DNA of 64,000 nucleotides from Bacteriovoracaceae bacterium (GCA_048270185.1 JBLWTJ010000003.1:336990-400989), one strand, 5' to 3'; shown: positions 19,451 to 29,587, numbered from the stretch's first letter. The notes: generated by a model from the sequence alone, not told the origin. A program made the numbers and translations.

Positions 19451-20236
19451 GTGAGTGATGATATTTTTACAAGTAAATTAGAGCTTAATTATACAGAGGT
19501 AGCTCCAGAAATTAATCTTGAAGAATTTGAAAAAGTAATTCATTCACGTCGTAGTGTTCGCGTCTTTGGTGAAGAAGATGTTCCAGATCACATCATTCAA
19601 AAAGCACTTGAACATGGCCTGCTTGCTCCAAACTCATCAAACCTTCAACCATGGGAATTTCACTGGGTGAAGTCTGATGATATTAGAAGTAAGCTTGCTA
19701 AGCTTTGTTTTGGGCAAAATGGAGCCAAGACAGCAAAGCACTTGATTGTTTGTGTTGCTAAGACTGGAACTTGGCGTACGAATTCTAAACGTATGATCGC
19801 TTCTCTTGAAGAGGCTTCTAAGAAAGATGGTATTGAAGTTCCAGCTGCTGTTAAATCTTACTACACCAAGATCACACCAATGGCCTATGGGATGATGGGA
19901 CCATTAGGTATTTTGTCTCCTTTTAAGTGGGCCTTCTTTAATATTCTAGGTCTCTTTCAAGTGATTTTTCGTGAGCCAATGTTTCCAAGTCAGTTAAAGA
20001 CTTGGGCCCATAAGACCACTGCTCTTGCTTGTGAAAATATTATGCTTTCAGTTCGCGCTCAGGGCTATGACTCTCTTCCAATGGAAGGCTTTGATGCCCG
20101 CCGAGTAAAGAAGCTTCTTGGCCTTGGTTGCAAGGATCATGTGACAATGATTCTTGGTGTTGGAAAGAGAGCTGAAAATGGTGTCTACGGACCGCAGTTT
20201 CGATTCCCAAAAGAAGACTTTATCATTAAGCATTAA
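19451..20236 (+). CDS. Nitroreductase family protein
   Basis: RRSVR, APNSSNLQPWEF, PMEGFD. Confidence 0.92.
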   Translation: MSDDIFTSKLELNYTEVAPEINLEEFEKVIHSRRSVRVFGEEDVPDHIIQKALEHGLLAPNSSNLQPWEFHWVKSDDIRSKLAKLCFGQNGAKTAKHLIVCVAKTGTWRTNSKRMIASLEEASKKDGIEVPAAVKSYYTKITPMAYGMMGPLGILSPFKWAFFNILGLFQVIFREPMFPSQLKTWAHKTTALACENIMLSVRAQGYDSLPMEGFDARRVKKLLGLGCKDHVTMILGVGKRAENGVYGPQFRFPKEDFIIKH

Positions 20237-20262
20237 AGACTCTTTAATACTTGCTTAATAAA

Positions 20263-20826
20263 TTATCTTGTTAAGGTCAGAGTGACCTCTGTTGTCTTGC
20301 AGCGTGCTGCGCAGCCACCACCTTCTAGTCGAAGTATAATCACATCGTCTCTAAATAGTTCATACTCTATTTCAGGATTTAGTTTTATCCCGTCAATAGC
20401 ACTACAGGAAGTGTGTACATCTTGTGCTGAATGCTTAAGAACAAACTCAGTTGAAGTTATATTGATTTTCTTTGCTGCTCCTTTGTAGCAAAGTCTAATT
20501 TCATCGAGATCAAGTACTAGCCAACCTTGAGCAGCATTGCCATTATTAATTATCACACTAGTAGGAACGAAGAATGTCTCTTGTTCTTCTACCTTATAGG
20601 AGTCACTAGCGATAAAGTCGGGATTGTACAATCTTGTCGAAGTTAGAGAAATCTCTTTTTGTGAATTACTTGAAGTGGAATTATCACTTCCAACTTCAGT
20701 TGTACTGTCCATATCGGGTTCAACTTGTGTTGAGTCTGGTGAGCGAAGAAACTCAAGACTTGTGGAATCATTCTGACATGACAATAAGCCAATGAAGAAT
20801 AGGGTACAGATGATGATAATCTTCAT
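20263..20826 (-). CDS. Hypothetical lipoprotein
   Basis: MK-hydrophobic-LLSC signal, Ser/Thr-rich linker, paired Cys. Confidence 0.65.
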   Translation of the reverse strand: MKIIIICTLFFIGLLSCQNDSTSLEFLRSPDSTQVEPDMDSTTEVGSDNSTSSNSQKEISLTSTRLYNPDFIASDSYKVEEQETFFVPTSVIINNGNAAQGWLVLDLDEIRLCYKGAAKKINITSTEFVLKHSAQDVHTSCSAIDGIKLNPEIEYELFRDDVIILRLEGGGCAARCKTTEVTLTLTR

Positions 20827-20959
20827 TCTTTAATCTTAATGGAATATTGTGGATGAAGTTAGTCAATTAATTCTTAAAGGCTATTTAACAAGTGTAAGGA
20901 TAAGTTGTTTGCTCATAATATTATCCATACTTAAAATATTACTAATTTAATAAAGGAAG

Positions 20960-21481
20960 ATGAATATGATCAAATTACTACTTAGTTTTCTACTGATGAC
21001 AAATATCTACGCCATCACTCCTGATGAGCTATTTGGATGTTTTAAAACCCTTGAGCACAATGGAAGGACTGTAACAGTCGGTCCTGATTATGAGCGCAAT
21101 TTAAGTCTGTATGAAGACTTTAGCCGCTCTGAAACTTATCGCAATCTTGAAACGAATGAGTATGAACCGATAAATGTTTTTACTTTCTATACTGGCTATG
21201 ACGAAGATGGTTACTACTCGTATTCTCCTCTTATTATTTTTCAAAATATGGGAGAGTTTACTTACGGTGAAGATAGCCTAAGCTATGTGATGGATGAAGA
21301 TATTTACATGCTAAATTCTCGTTCTTACCAATATAAGAAAGTTGATCACAAAGTAAGCTTAGAAGTGAAAAGAGTTGGTGAAGTTTATACAGGACGTGCT
21401 GAATTCATTTCAGAGATTAGACGCTTCAATCGCTCTTTTACTTTCAAGCTTAAAAGAGAAGAGTGTCCTACATTACGCTAA
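20960..21481 (+). CDS. Hypothetical secreted protein
   Basis: AAGGA RBS; signal peptide ending IYA; Tyr-rich. Confidence 0.7.
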   Translation: MNMIKLLLSFLLMTNIYAITPDELFGCFKTLEHNGRTVTVGPDYERNLSLYEDFSRSETYRNLETNEYEPINVFTFYTGYDEDGYYSYSPLIIFQNMGEFTYGEDSLSYVMDEDIYMLNSRSYQYKKVDHKVSLEVKRVGEVYTGRAEFISEIRRFNRSFTFKLKREECPTLR

Positions 21482-22238
21482 TATCATAAACTGATTTAAT
21501 AAGAAGGCCCACTAGAACGGCATTAAAAGCTGTCGTGACAGTGGCCTTATTTCCCTTGATGACTTGGTTTGAACCAAGATAATTCCCCAAAAGACCGGCC
21601 GGCAGTGCAATGGCCACAACCTTCCAAAGAATTGCACCCTTAATTAAGAATGTGATGAATGCCGCAAGATTACTCGTATAATTCATAAACGCTGCATGAG
21701 GTGATGCTTCGAGAATATCAAAGTGTAAGAAGAACATCATTGAGATAATTAAAAATGTTCCTGTCCCTGGGCCAAAGAAGCCATCATAACCACCAATGAC
21801 AAGTCCAATAAGAACTGAACGAAAGAGAACTTGCATATTCTCAAGCTTTGTTAAATCCAGCCCTTCTTTCTTCTTCTTTAAATGATTCATTAAAAAGATA
21901 ATTGGAATGACGAAGATTAAGATATAGACCATATGTTTTGAATCAAGAACTGAGCTTAATTGGGCACCTATCAGTGATGCACTAAAGGCCGCAATCGTTG
22001 GTGCAACGATAAATTTAAAATCAATTTTACCTCTTTTTACATAACGAAAAATAGAAAGAGATTTTGAGATACAAGATACACATTTATTTGTACCTAGCAG
22101 TAGGTGAGCTGGAACACCGGTTGCAATATATGTTGGAATCGTGATGAGTCCGCCACCGCCGGCCATGGAGTCGATAAATCCTGCAAAAGTAATTAAACAA
22201 AAAATAGTGGCCGCTTGAAGTAGAGTGAAATCTTCCAT
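21468..22238 (-). CDS. TSUP (TauE/SafE) family transporter
   Basis: AGFID..AGGGGLI..P, GTNK, G.YDGFFGPGTG.FL. Confidence 0.92.
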   Translation of the reverse strand: MEDFTLLQAATIFCLITFAGFIDSMAGGGGLITIPTYIATGVPAHLLLGTNKCVSCISKSLSIFRYVKRGKIDFKFIVAPTIAAFSASLIGAQLSSVLDSKHMVYILIFVIPIIFLMNHLKKKKEGLDLTKLENMQVLFRSVLIGLVIGGYDGFFGPGTGTFLIISMMFFLHFDILEASPHAAFMNYTSNLAAFITFLIKGAILWKVVAIALPAGLLGNYLGSNQVIKGNKATVTTAFNAVLVGLLIKSVYDISVM

Positions 22239-22286
22239 AGCTGAATTATCTCTCTTTTCTTATAAGAAAGATAGCCAGCAAGTAAT

Positions 22287-23216
22287 TTAGTAACGATTTC
22301 TTAAAGTGTCCCTTAAGGCGGCCTCAAGATAGTTGAAAGAGTATTCAAATCCACAGACTTTATTGTCTTCACAAGAGACCTTCTGACTAGCTAAGAGTAT
22401 TTGAGACATTTCGCCAAAGATGGCCTTTGCCGCAATTTTAGGAAGTGGAATAAAAGTCGGGCGATGAAGAACTTCTCCTAAGGTTTGTGTAAAGTCTGCG
22501 TTTTGGGTAGGGTTAGGGGCAACACCATTAATGATGGTTTTTTCTGTATCGTGTTCAATTAAGAATCGGTAGAGATCGCAAAGGTCTTTGATATGAATCC
22601 AACTCATGTATTGGCTGCCATCGCCAATTCGACCTGCCACTCCTAAGTTAAAGGCGGGAAGCATTTTAGCGAGAGCGCCACCGTCGCTTGAGAGCACGAT
22701 ACCAACTCTTATAATTTTTACATCAACTCCTAGCGTTTCAACTTTTATGGCCTCATTCTCCCAGTCACGGCAAACTTTTGAGAGAAAGTCTTGACCAGTT
22801 CGACTCTCTACTGTGAGCTCCTTACTGCCGCGGTCTCCATAAATACCAATGGCCGATGTACTGATAAACTTCTTTGGTAGGGGAAGGCCACGCTGCTTGA
22901 GAATTTTTAATTTTTCGAATATGAGTTTGGTCGCCTTAATTCGGGAGTTATAAATTTTTTCCTTCTTCTCTTCACTCCAGCGGCCGTCTGAGATACTTTC
23001 TCCGGCCAGATTAATGATTGCATCACATCCCATTAGTGCGGCCATATCCATGCGCCCTTCTTCAATATTCCACTTATAATACTTAAGTCTCGGAGTACTT
23101 GTTTTCTTGGCAAGAGAGCGCGTGAGAATACGCACCTCTTCGTAACCGTGATCGAGGAGAGTATCTGTTAAGTGAGAACCGATAAAGCCTGAACCGCCAG
23201 TAATTAAAACTTTCAT
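22287..23216 (-). CDS. TIGR01777/YfcH-like NAD-dependent epimerase family protein
   Basis: TGGSGFIG, NLAGE.I...RW, SRI, C..WE, G.G.Q..SWIH..D, APNP. Confidence 0.92.
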   Translation of the reverse strand: MKVLITGGSGFIGSHLTDTLLDHGYEEVRILTRSLAKKTSTPRLKYYKWNIEEGRMDMAALMGCDAIINLAGESISDGRWSEEKKEKIYNSRIKATKLIFEKLKILKQRGLPLPKKFISTSAIGIYGDRGSKELTVESRTGQDFLSKVCRDWENEAIKVETLGVDVKIIRVGIVLSSDGGALAKMLPAFNLGVAGRIGDGSQYMSWIHIKDLCDLYRFLIEHDTEKTIINGVAPNPTQNADFTQTLGEVLHRPTFIPLPKIAAKAIFGEMSQILLASQKVSCEDNKVCGFEYSFNYLEAALRDTLRNRY

Positions 23217-23263
23217 TGTTCAAGTATAGGAGTGAAATGTTCAATAATTATGAGAGAAATATG

Positions 23264-23294
23264 AGTAAGTGCCACTTCTTGAGCAGCACCTACT
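23264..23294 (-). other. Stem-loop downstream of fbaA (terminator, stabiliser or REP-like element)
   Basis: Minus strand AGUAGGUGCUGCU-CAAGA-AGUGGCACUUACU forms 13 bp including G-U pairs. Confidence 0.55.
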
Positions 23295-23308
23295 TTTTAA
23301 TTAGGTAT

Positions 23309-24334
23309 TTAGAGATTAATTGATTTACCGTCTGACTTTAGATCACGACAGGCCTGGGCAATACGTTCAGTCATGGCGTTTTCACCCTTCTTCATCCAAG
23401 TACGTGGATCATATTGCTTCTTGTTTCCAACTTCTCCTTCGATCTTAAGCATCTCATCGTAGTGCTTAAACATATGATCGACTACCGGGCGAGAGTAAGC
23501 ATATTGAGTATCAGTATCAATGTTCATTTTGACAACACCGTAGCCAAGTGTCTCGTGAATTTCTGAAAGCTCACTTCCTGAACCACCGTGGAATACTAAC
23601 CAGTTTTCAGCATCAGCTCCTAGCTCTTTAACAACGGCCGCTTGGCCATCTTTTAGAACTTGAGGACGAAGCTTAACGTTTCCTGGCTTATAAACGCCGT
23701 GAACGTTACCAAAAGTTGCAGCGTACATAAATTTACCAAGTGGGCGAAGAGCCTTTGTTACTTCAACCATCTCTTCTGGAGTTGTGTATAATTTATCAGC
23801 TGGTGCATCTTCATTATTAACACCATCTTCTTCTCCACCAACAACACCTGTTTCAATTTCAAGAATGATTTCACTCTTAGCACATCTCTCTAAAAGCTTC
23901 TTACTCATTTCGATATTTTCTTTTGTTGGAAGAACTGATCCATCAAACATATGTGAGTGAAAAAGATTTGGCTGACCTGAAGCTCTTCTCTTTTCTGTTT
24001 CTTCAATAAGAGGAATTAGGAAGCTATCAACTTTTTCAGGATGACAGTGGTCAGTGTGAAGGGCGATAAGGACATCATACTTTGCTGCAACAAGGTGAAC
24101 GTGTTGAGCAAGTGAGATAGCACCGATCACTTCATCTTTAAGCCCTTGGCCTGAAGCAAATGATCCACCACCAGTTGAAACTTGGATGATTCCATCTGAC
24201 TTCATATCTGCAAAAGCTTTTATCGCAGCATTTGCTGTTGAAGTTGAAGTGACATTAATGGCCGGATATGCGTATCCGCCTTTTTTTGCGCTATCTAACA
24301 TATCGCAGTATTGTTCGTAAGTAGCTATTGGCAT
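23309..24334 (-). CDS. fbaA: Class II fructose-bisphosphate aldolase
   Basis: HTDHC, SHMFDGS, GGEEDG, FGNVHGVYKPGNV, VFHGGSG, KMNIDTD, YDPR. Confidence 0.96.
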   Translation of the reverse strand: MPIATYEQYCDMLDSAKKGGYAYPAINVTSTSTANAAIKAFADMKSDGIIQVSTGGGSFASGQGLKDEVIGAISLAQHVHLVAAKYDVLIALHTDHCHPEKVDSFLIPLIEETEKRRASGQPNLFHSHMFDGSVLPTKENIEMSKKLLERCAKSEIILEIETGVVGGEEDGVNNEDAPADKLYTTPEEMVEVTKALRPLGKFMYAATFGNVHGVYKPGNVKLRPQVLKDGQAAVVKELGADAENWLVFHGGSGSELSEIHETLGYGVVKMNIDTDTQYAYSRPVVDHMFKHYDEMLKIEGEVGNKKQYDPRTWMKKGENAMTERIAQACRDLKSDGKSINL

Positions 24335-24389
24335 CCAGTGCTCCTTTTAGTTATAGTATTTGAGTTCAGAAACATTATAGAGGTCAAAG

Positions 24390-26153
24390 ATGTCACTTGC
24401 AAATAAGGAAACACAAAAATTATCACCACAAGAGCTCAGAGAGGTCTTAAAGACTGCCCGCGGCGAAGGTGAGATCGATTTACTTATTAAGAATGTAAAG
24501 ATTCTAGACCTGGTTAATGGGGAAGTAACTGAAAGTGCGATCGCTATCAGTGGCAAGACGATTGCGGGAATTGGTAAGGAATATGACGATCAACCTGCAA
24601 AGCGTGTTTATGATGCTAAAGGAGCAACAGCTGTTCCGGGCTTCATCGATGGGCACTTACATGTCGAATCTTCAATGATGCACCCCTTTGAATTTGAACG
24701 CTTAACACTGCCGCTTGGTACGACGACGGCCATTTGTGACCCGCATGAGATCACAAATGTGATGGGAGATCGTGGGTTTTCTTGGTTTCTAAGGTGTAGT
24801 GAACTGATGAATCAAAATCTCTTTGTTCAAGTAAGCTCTTGTATACCTGCTCTTCCGGGCTTTGAAACAAATGGTGGGCAATTCGATATTATCGATATGA
24901 AGAAATACAAAGAACATCCTCGTGTTCTGGGCCTTGCTGAAATGATGAATTTCCCTGGTGTGATTAATGGTGATGATAGTGTTCTTGAAAAAGTAGAGGA
25001 GTTCTCAGAATTAAATCTTGATGGCCATTCGCCAATGCTTCGAGGAAAAGAACTTAATGCTTATATCGCAGCAGGGATTCAAAATTGTCATGAGACGATT
25101 TTTGCTGATGAAGCAAAAGAAAAGCTACAAAAGGGAATGGGACTTATTATTCGTGAAGGTTCTGTTGCAAAGAATTTAAAGACTCTTATCCCTGTTGTTA
25201 ATGATTTTAATTCTTGTCAGTGTCTTCTATGTACTGATGATCGAAACCCATATGAAATTTTCAATGAAGGCCATATCAATTATATGGTTAAGAAGATGAT
25301 TAAAGAACTTGGAACACCTGTCCATGTTGCTTACAGACTTTCTAGTTTCTCTGCAGCCAAACACTTTGGCCTTAAGAAATTAGGACTAATTGCTCCAGGG
25401 AAACAAGCTGATATTGTTCTTGTTGGAAAGCTTGAAGACGTTGACGTAAAAGAAGTTTTCAAAAAAGGTCAGCTTGTAAGCGAGCTTGATCTACCTTCTA
25501 AAGTCGGTGATAAATTAGAGCAATCACAACCACCAAAAGAAAATACTATTAAAAGAAACTTCCTCGCACCGACTGATTTTAATTATGATTTAACTCCAGG
25601 AACTTATAATGTGATGGAAATCGTTAAAGATGAAATCATCACAAATCACTTAAAGGTAAAATTTGATGGTGAAGAATTTGAAAAGGACGATATCTCTTTT
25701 ATTACAGTAATTGAAAGATATGGGCAGGGGAGGAAACCTTCACTGGGTCTAGTTCGTGGTATGGGGCTTACACGTGGTGCGATTGCCTCAAGTGTTGCCC
25801 ACGACTCACATAATATTGTTGTCATCGGTAAGTCTCCACAAGATATTGCAACAGCAGCCAATGAGATTATTGAAAATGCTGGCGGTTTCTGTGTTGTTGA
25901 TAAGGGGAGAGTAACAGCTTCTCTAGCTCTTCCTATTGCAGGACTTTTAAGTTTAGAGTCGGCCGAAACAATTAATGATGGTATTATCGCGCTAAAGAAA
26001 GCATGCAAAGATATTGAAGTGGCCGTAAATGAACCATTTATTCAAATGGCCTTTCTTGCTCTTCCAGTTATTCCAACACTTAAAATAACTGATATGGGAT
26101 TAGTTGATGTCACGAAGTTTGAATTCGTTGATTTAAAATGTAGTGATATGTAA
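24390..26153 (+). CDS. ade: Adenine deaminase
   Basis: PGFIDGHLHVESS, DPHEI.NV.G, EMMNFPG, DGH.P, IREGS, CTDD, HDSHN, LPVIP.LK.TD. Confidence 0.95.
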   Translation: MSLANKETQKLSPQELREVLKTARGEGEIDLLIKNVKILDLVNGEVTESAIAISGKTIAGIGKEYDDQPAKRVYDAKGATAVPGFIDGHLHVESSMMHPFEFERLTLPLGTTTAICDPHEITNVMGDRGFSWFLRCSELMNQNLFVQVSSCIPALPGFETNGGQFDIIDMKKYKEHPRVLGLAEMMNFPGVINGDDSVLEKVEEFSELNLDGHSPMLRGKELNAYIAAGIQNCHETIFADEAKEKLQKGMGLIIREGSVAKNLKTLIPVVNDFNSCQCLLCTDDRNPYEIFNEGHINYMVKKMIKELGTPVHVAYRLSSFSAAKHFGLKKLGLIAPGKQADIVLVGKLEDVDVKEVFKKGQLVSELDLPSKVGDKLEQSQPPKENTIKRNFLAPTDFNYDLTPGTYNVMEIVKDEIITNHLKVKFDGEEFEKDDISFITVIERYGQGRKPSLGLVRGMGLTRGAIASSVAHDSHNIVVIGKSPQDIATAANEIIENAGGFCVVDKGRVTASLALPIAGLLSLESAETINDGIIALKKACKDIEVAVNEPFIQMAFLALPVIPTLKITDMGLVDVTKFEFVDLKCSDM

Positions 26154-26653
26154 TGATAAAGAAGTATTGGGACGCAATTCCTGGTTGGCTCTTCCTAACA
26201 ATCATCGTTGGGATGGCCGCAATTTTCATTGATCCCATCATGGAGATACTTCATAAACGCAAACAAAAGATCGACTTTGATAAGATGCGGCTAGATGCCA
26301 AGATCGTATGTTTTCGTGACGATTTTCCCTTGGAACGTCAACGACAGGCCTGTCAAAGAGGGCGAAAGCTTGCCCTTCATGACAAGAGAACCTATTTACA
26401 ACACGAATTTACTTCTCGTCTGTGTCGTTTAGATGATGCAGAATCTTGCTTTGAATTCTATCAGATTCAAAAGAAGCAACTACCTAAAGAAGAGCAAAAG
26501 CGCCTATTAAATAAGGCCTGTCGAAAAGGACAAGGTGGTAATATGGAAGCTTGTGGCGAGCTCGGGCTTATAATGAAAGGTGAAAATAACGCACTATCTA
26601 AGGAGTATTTTCACTATGCATGCACTAATGGTTTCAAGAGATTTTGTCAGTAA
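26153..26653 (+). CDS. Membrane-anchored Cys-rich Sel1/Hcp-like repeat protein
   Basis: N-terminal TM; repeated C-x(7-10)-C units (LCRLDDAESC, ACRKGQGGNMEAC, ACTNGFKRFC). Confidence 0.6.
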   Translation: MIKKYWDAIPGWLFLTIIVGMAAIFIDPIMEILHKRKQKIDFDKMRLDAKIVCFRDDFPLERQRQACQRGRKLALHDKRTYLQHEFTSRLCRLDDAESCFEFYQIQKKQLPKEEQKRLLNKACRKGQGGNMEACGELGLIMKGENNALSKEYFHYACTNGFKRFCQ

Positions 26654-26770
26654 TTTCAGATGTTTATGCTGTGTGTAAATAGCTCCGGTATTACTTTTCA
26701 ATGTAAGTAAATTGTGGTTAAATTCCGACTCACTAAAAATAGATAACTCAATGAAAATACGAGGTTTATA

Positions 26771-28822
26771 ATGGCAACGGTTTTGAAGCCTAAGAACAAA
26801 TTTACTTGGAAGAATACAGATAAAGCGACTCTTAAGCAGTGGTATGAATTACTATCTCTAGGTCGTATGCTTGATAATCGAGCACCAAATTATCTTAAAC
26901 AAGCGATTGGTTGGTCTTACCACGCTCCATACGCTGGTCACGATGGTATTCAATTAGCTATCGGACAAACTTTTGAATTAGGAAAAGATCACCTTTATCC
27001 ATATTACAGAGATATGCTAACTGCTTTTTCAGCAGGATTAACAGCTGAAGAAATTATTCTTAATGGTATTTCAAAAGGAACTGACCTTGCTTCTGGTGGA
27101 CGTCACATGTCTAACCACTTTGCAAAGCCTGAGTGGAATATTCATAACGTATCAAGTTGTACAGGTAACCACACGTTACACGCAGTAGGAACAGCAAGAG
27201 CATTTAATCGTTATAAGCACGATGGTGTTGTTTACTCTTCTCAAGGAGAGTCTTCAGTATCTGAAGGTTATTGTTATGAAGCGATCAATGGAGCATCTCG
27301 TGAGAAGCTTCCTGTTGTTTTCGTTTTCCAAGATAATGGTTACGGGATCTCTGTACCAAAAGCTGACCAAACAGCTAACGAATATGTTGCAGATAACTTC
27401 TCTGGATTTTTAAACCTTCATATTATTCACTGTGACGGAAAAGATATTTTTGATTCAATGAATGCAATGGCAACAGCTAGAGAGATCGCTGTAACTCAAC
27501 AAGAGCCAGTAATTGTTCACGCTCGTTGTGTTCGTATTCACTCTCACTCTAACTCTGATAAGCACGAACTTTACCGTTCTGAAGAAGAAAGAGCAGAGGC
27601 GGCAGCTCAAGATCCATTAGTAGCTTTTAGAAAAGAGCTAATCGCTAAGAAAGTTTTTACAGAATCTGAGCTTGATGAAATCGATGCGCAAGCAAAGAAA
27701 GAAATGCTTGAAGCTCATACAAAAGCAATGAAAGCACCAAACCCAACTCCAGAGTCAATTTATGACTTTGTTATCCCTGAGCCACACAAGCCGACTAAGT
27801 TTGTTGATGGAACACATAATGAATCAGGTGAAGAAGTTAAGTTTATTGATGCGATTAATGGACAACTTAAAAGAGAGTTCAGACATAACCCAAATACATT
27901 TATTTGGGGACAAGATATGGCCAACAAAGACAAGGGTGGTATCTTCAATGTTTCAAAAGGAATGCAACAAGAATTCGGAAAGGACAGAGTATTTAATGGT
28001 CCAATCGCTGAAGATTTTATTCTTGGAACAGCTAATGGTTTCTCTCGTTATAGCAAAGATATTCGCGTTGTTGTTGAAGGTGCAGAATTCGCAGATTACT
28101 TCTGGCCTGCAATGGAGCAATATATTGAGTGTTCTCACGACTACTGGAGATCAAATGGAGCCTTTGCTCCAAATATCCTAATCAGACTTGCTTCTGGTGG
28201 TTATATCGGTGGTGGCCTATACCACTCACAAAACCTTGAAGGAAACCTTGCAGGTATCCCTGGTGTTAGAATTGTAACTCCTGCGTTTGCTGACGATGCT
28301 GCTGGTCTTTTAAGAACTGCAATGAGAAGTGAGGGGCCAACTCTATATCTTGAGCCAAAGGCACTTTATAATGCTAAACAAGCAATGACTGTTATTCCAG
28401 AGGACTTCGAAGTTCCATTTGGAAAATGTCGTGTTAGACGTGAAGGGACTGATCTTTCAATTATCACTTACGGAAACACTGTACACCACTGCCTAGAGGC
28501 TGCTGAAGAGTTAGCTAAACTTGGACACAATGTTGAAGTCGTTGACCTAAGATCACTTTCTCCTCTTGATGAAGAAGGAATCTTAGCTTCAATTAAGAAG
28601 ACAAATCGTGCTCTTGTTGTTCACGAAGATAAGGTATTCGGTGGATTCGGTGGTGAGATCGCTGCCATGATTAACGATAAAGGTTTTGAATTCTTAGATG
28701 CTCCTGTTAAGCGTATGGGATCAACTTTTACGCCTGTTGGTTTCAACAGAATCCTAGAAAGAGCAATTCTTCCAAATACTCAAAAAGTAGTTGAAGCTGC
28801 TCAATCAGTTCTTGGTTACTAG
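26771..28822 (+). CDS. 2-oxoacid (probably branched-chain) dehydrogenase E1, fused alpha+beta
   Basis: PYYRD, GE...SEG...E...DNGYGIS ThDP motif, HSNSD, GG.YHSQ, EPK.LY, VDLRSL.PLD. Confidence 0.92.
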   Translation: MATVLKPKNKFTWKNTDKATLKQWYELLSLGRMLDNRAPNYLKQAIGWSYHAPYAGHDGIQLAIGQTFELGKDHLYPYYRDMLTAFSAGLTAEEIILNGISKGTDLASGGRHMSNHFAKPEWNIHNVSSCTGNHTLHAVGTARAFNRYKHDGVVYSSQGESSVSEGYCYEAINGASREKLPVVFVFQDNGYGISVPKADQTANEYVADNFSGFLNLHIIHCDGKDIFDSMNAMATAREIAVTQQEPVIVHARCVRIHSHSNSDKHELYRSEEERAEAAAQDPLVAFRKELIAKKVFTESELDEIDAQAKKEMLEAHTKAMKAPNPTPESIYDFVIPEPHKPTKFVDGTHNESGEEVKFIDAINGQLKREFRHNPNTFIWGQDMANKDKGGIFNVSKGMQQEFGKDRVFNGPIAEDFILGTANGFSRYSKDIRVVVEGAEFADYFWPAMEQYIECSHDYWRSNGAFAPNILIRLASGGYIGGGLYHSQNLEGNLAGIPGVRIVTPAFADDAAGLLRTAMRSEGPTLYLEPKALYNAKQAMTVIPEDFEVPFGKCRVRREGTDLSIITYGNTVHHCLEAAEELAKLGHNVEVVDLRSLSPLDEEGILASIKKTNRALVVHEDKVFGGFGGEIAAMINDKGFEFLDAPVKRMGSTFTPVGFNRILERAILPNTQKVVEAAQSVLGY

Positions 28823-29502
28823 GTTCCTGGATACTTTTCGGGATGCTTAGCGTAAGAAGGTCCTAGTGTTACACTAGGGATAATATATTTTCTTGAGCGA
28901 TCACATTTAGCATAATTAAACTCATTTTTTGATAGGCCCGCTTTTATACTGCGGGCCTCTTTATCTGTATAGCCTCTATTTAGCCATGACTCTAATGCTC
29001 TCGTTGATCCAAAAAGATTTGGTAGGGACTGATCAAAAACTTGAAATGAGAGATGTCGATTAAAATAGGTATAGTGGAATGTACTGAATTGGTAATCTTG
29101 TACTCTTTCACATATACCAGCTGCAACAGGATTTCTAAGAATGTATTTATAACAGTTATATTGATATTGGACTTTTGTAAGTAAACTTGACTTGTATCGT
29201 CCGCCATAAATTGAATTAATATCTCCAGTTCTTTTTTGTACTTCTAATGTCGATCTCTTCATTAACCAATACATTACTTTGTCGATATTCTCTCTTGGTG
29301 TCCAAAGCATAAGATGAAAGTGATTATTCATCAAAACAAATGAAATAACCTTTGCTCCTTCTTCTCGACAAATATCTTTTAAGATTTCACTGTAAATTTC
29401 CCACATTTCATCTATTGATAATTTAAACCACTTCTTGTTATGGGAGCGAGCAACGACGTGATAGGGATAGAGTTTTGTTCTAGTTATTGGTTTTCTTGGC
29501 AT
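28819..29502 (-). mobile_element. REP-associated tyrosine transposase (RAYT, Y1/HUH family)
   Basis: MPRK.R, YHV..R, VLMNNHFHL (HUH), YI..NPV.AG (catalytic Tyr), Y.FS. Confidence 0.9.
28820..28846 (+). repeat. 27-bp inverted repeat, left copy (REP-like)
   Basis: TAGGTTCCTGGATACTTTTCGGGATGC is the exact reverse complement of 29588-29614. Confidence 0.92.
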
Positions 29503-29527
29503 AAATAAGAACTAACATTTGAAATAA

Positions 29528-29555
29528 AAAAAGGAAGCGATATCGCTTCCTTTTT
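29528..29555. terminator. Perfect palindromic bidirectional terminator
   Basis: AAAAAGGAAGCGAT-ATCGCTTCCTTTTT. Confidence 0.85.
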
Positions 29556-29587
29556 CATTATATTTCAATTTTGAATCTTAATTCAGT

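Noticed and set aside
27762..28181. 139-aa alternative-frame ORF and similar short nested ORFs in the track
   Set aside because: Fully nested in well-supported genes, with no motifs or RBS.
28819..29502. IS200/IS605 TnpA with TnpB or guide RNA
   Set aside because: Length and the NPV.AG motif fit RAYT; no tnpB nearby.
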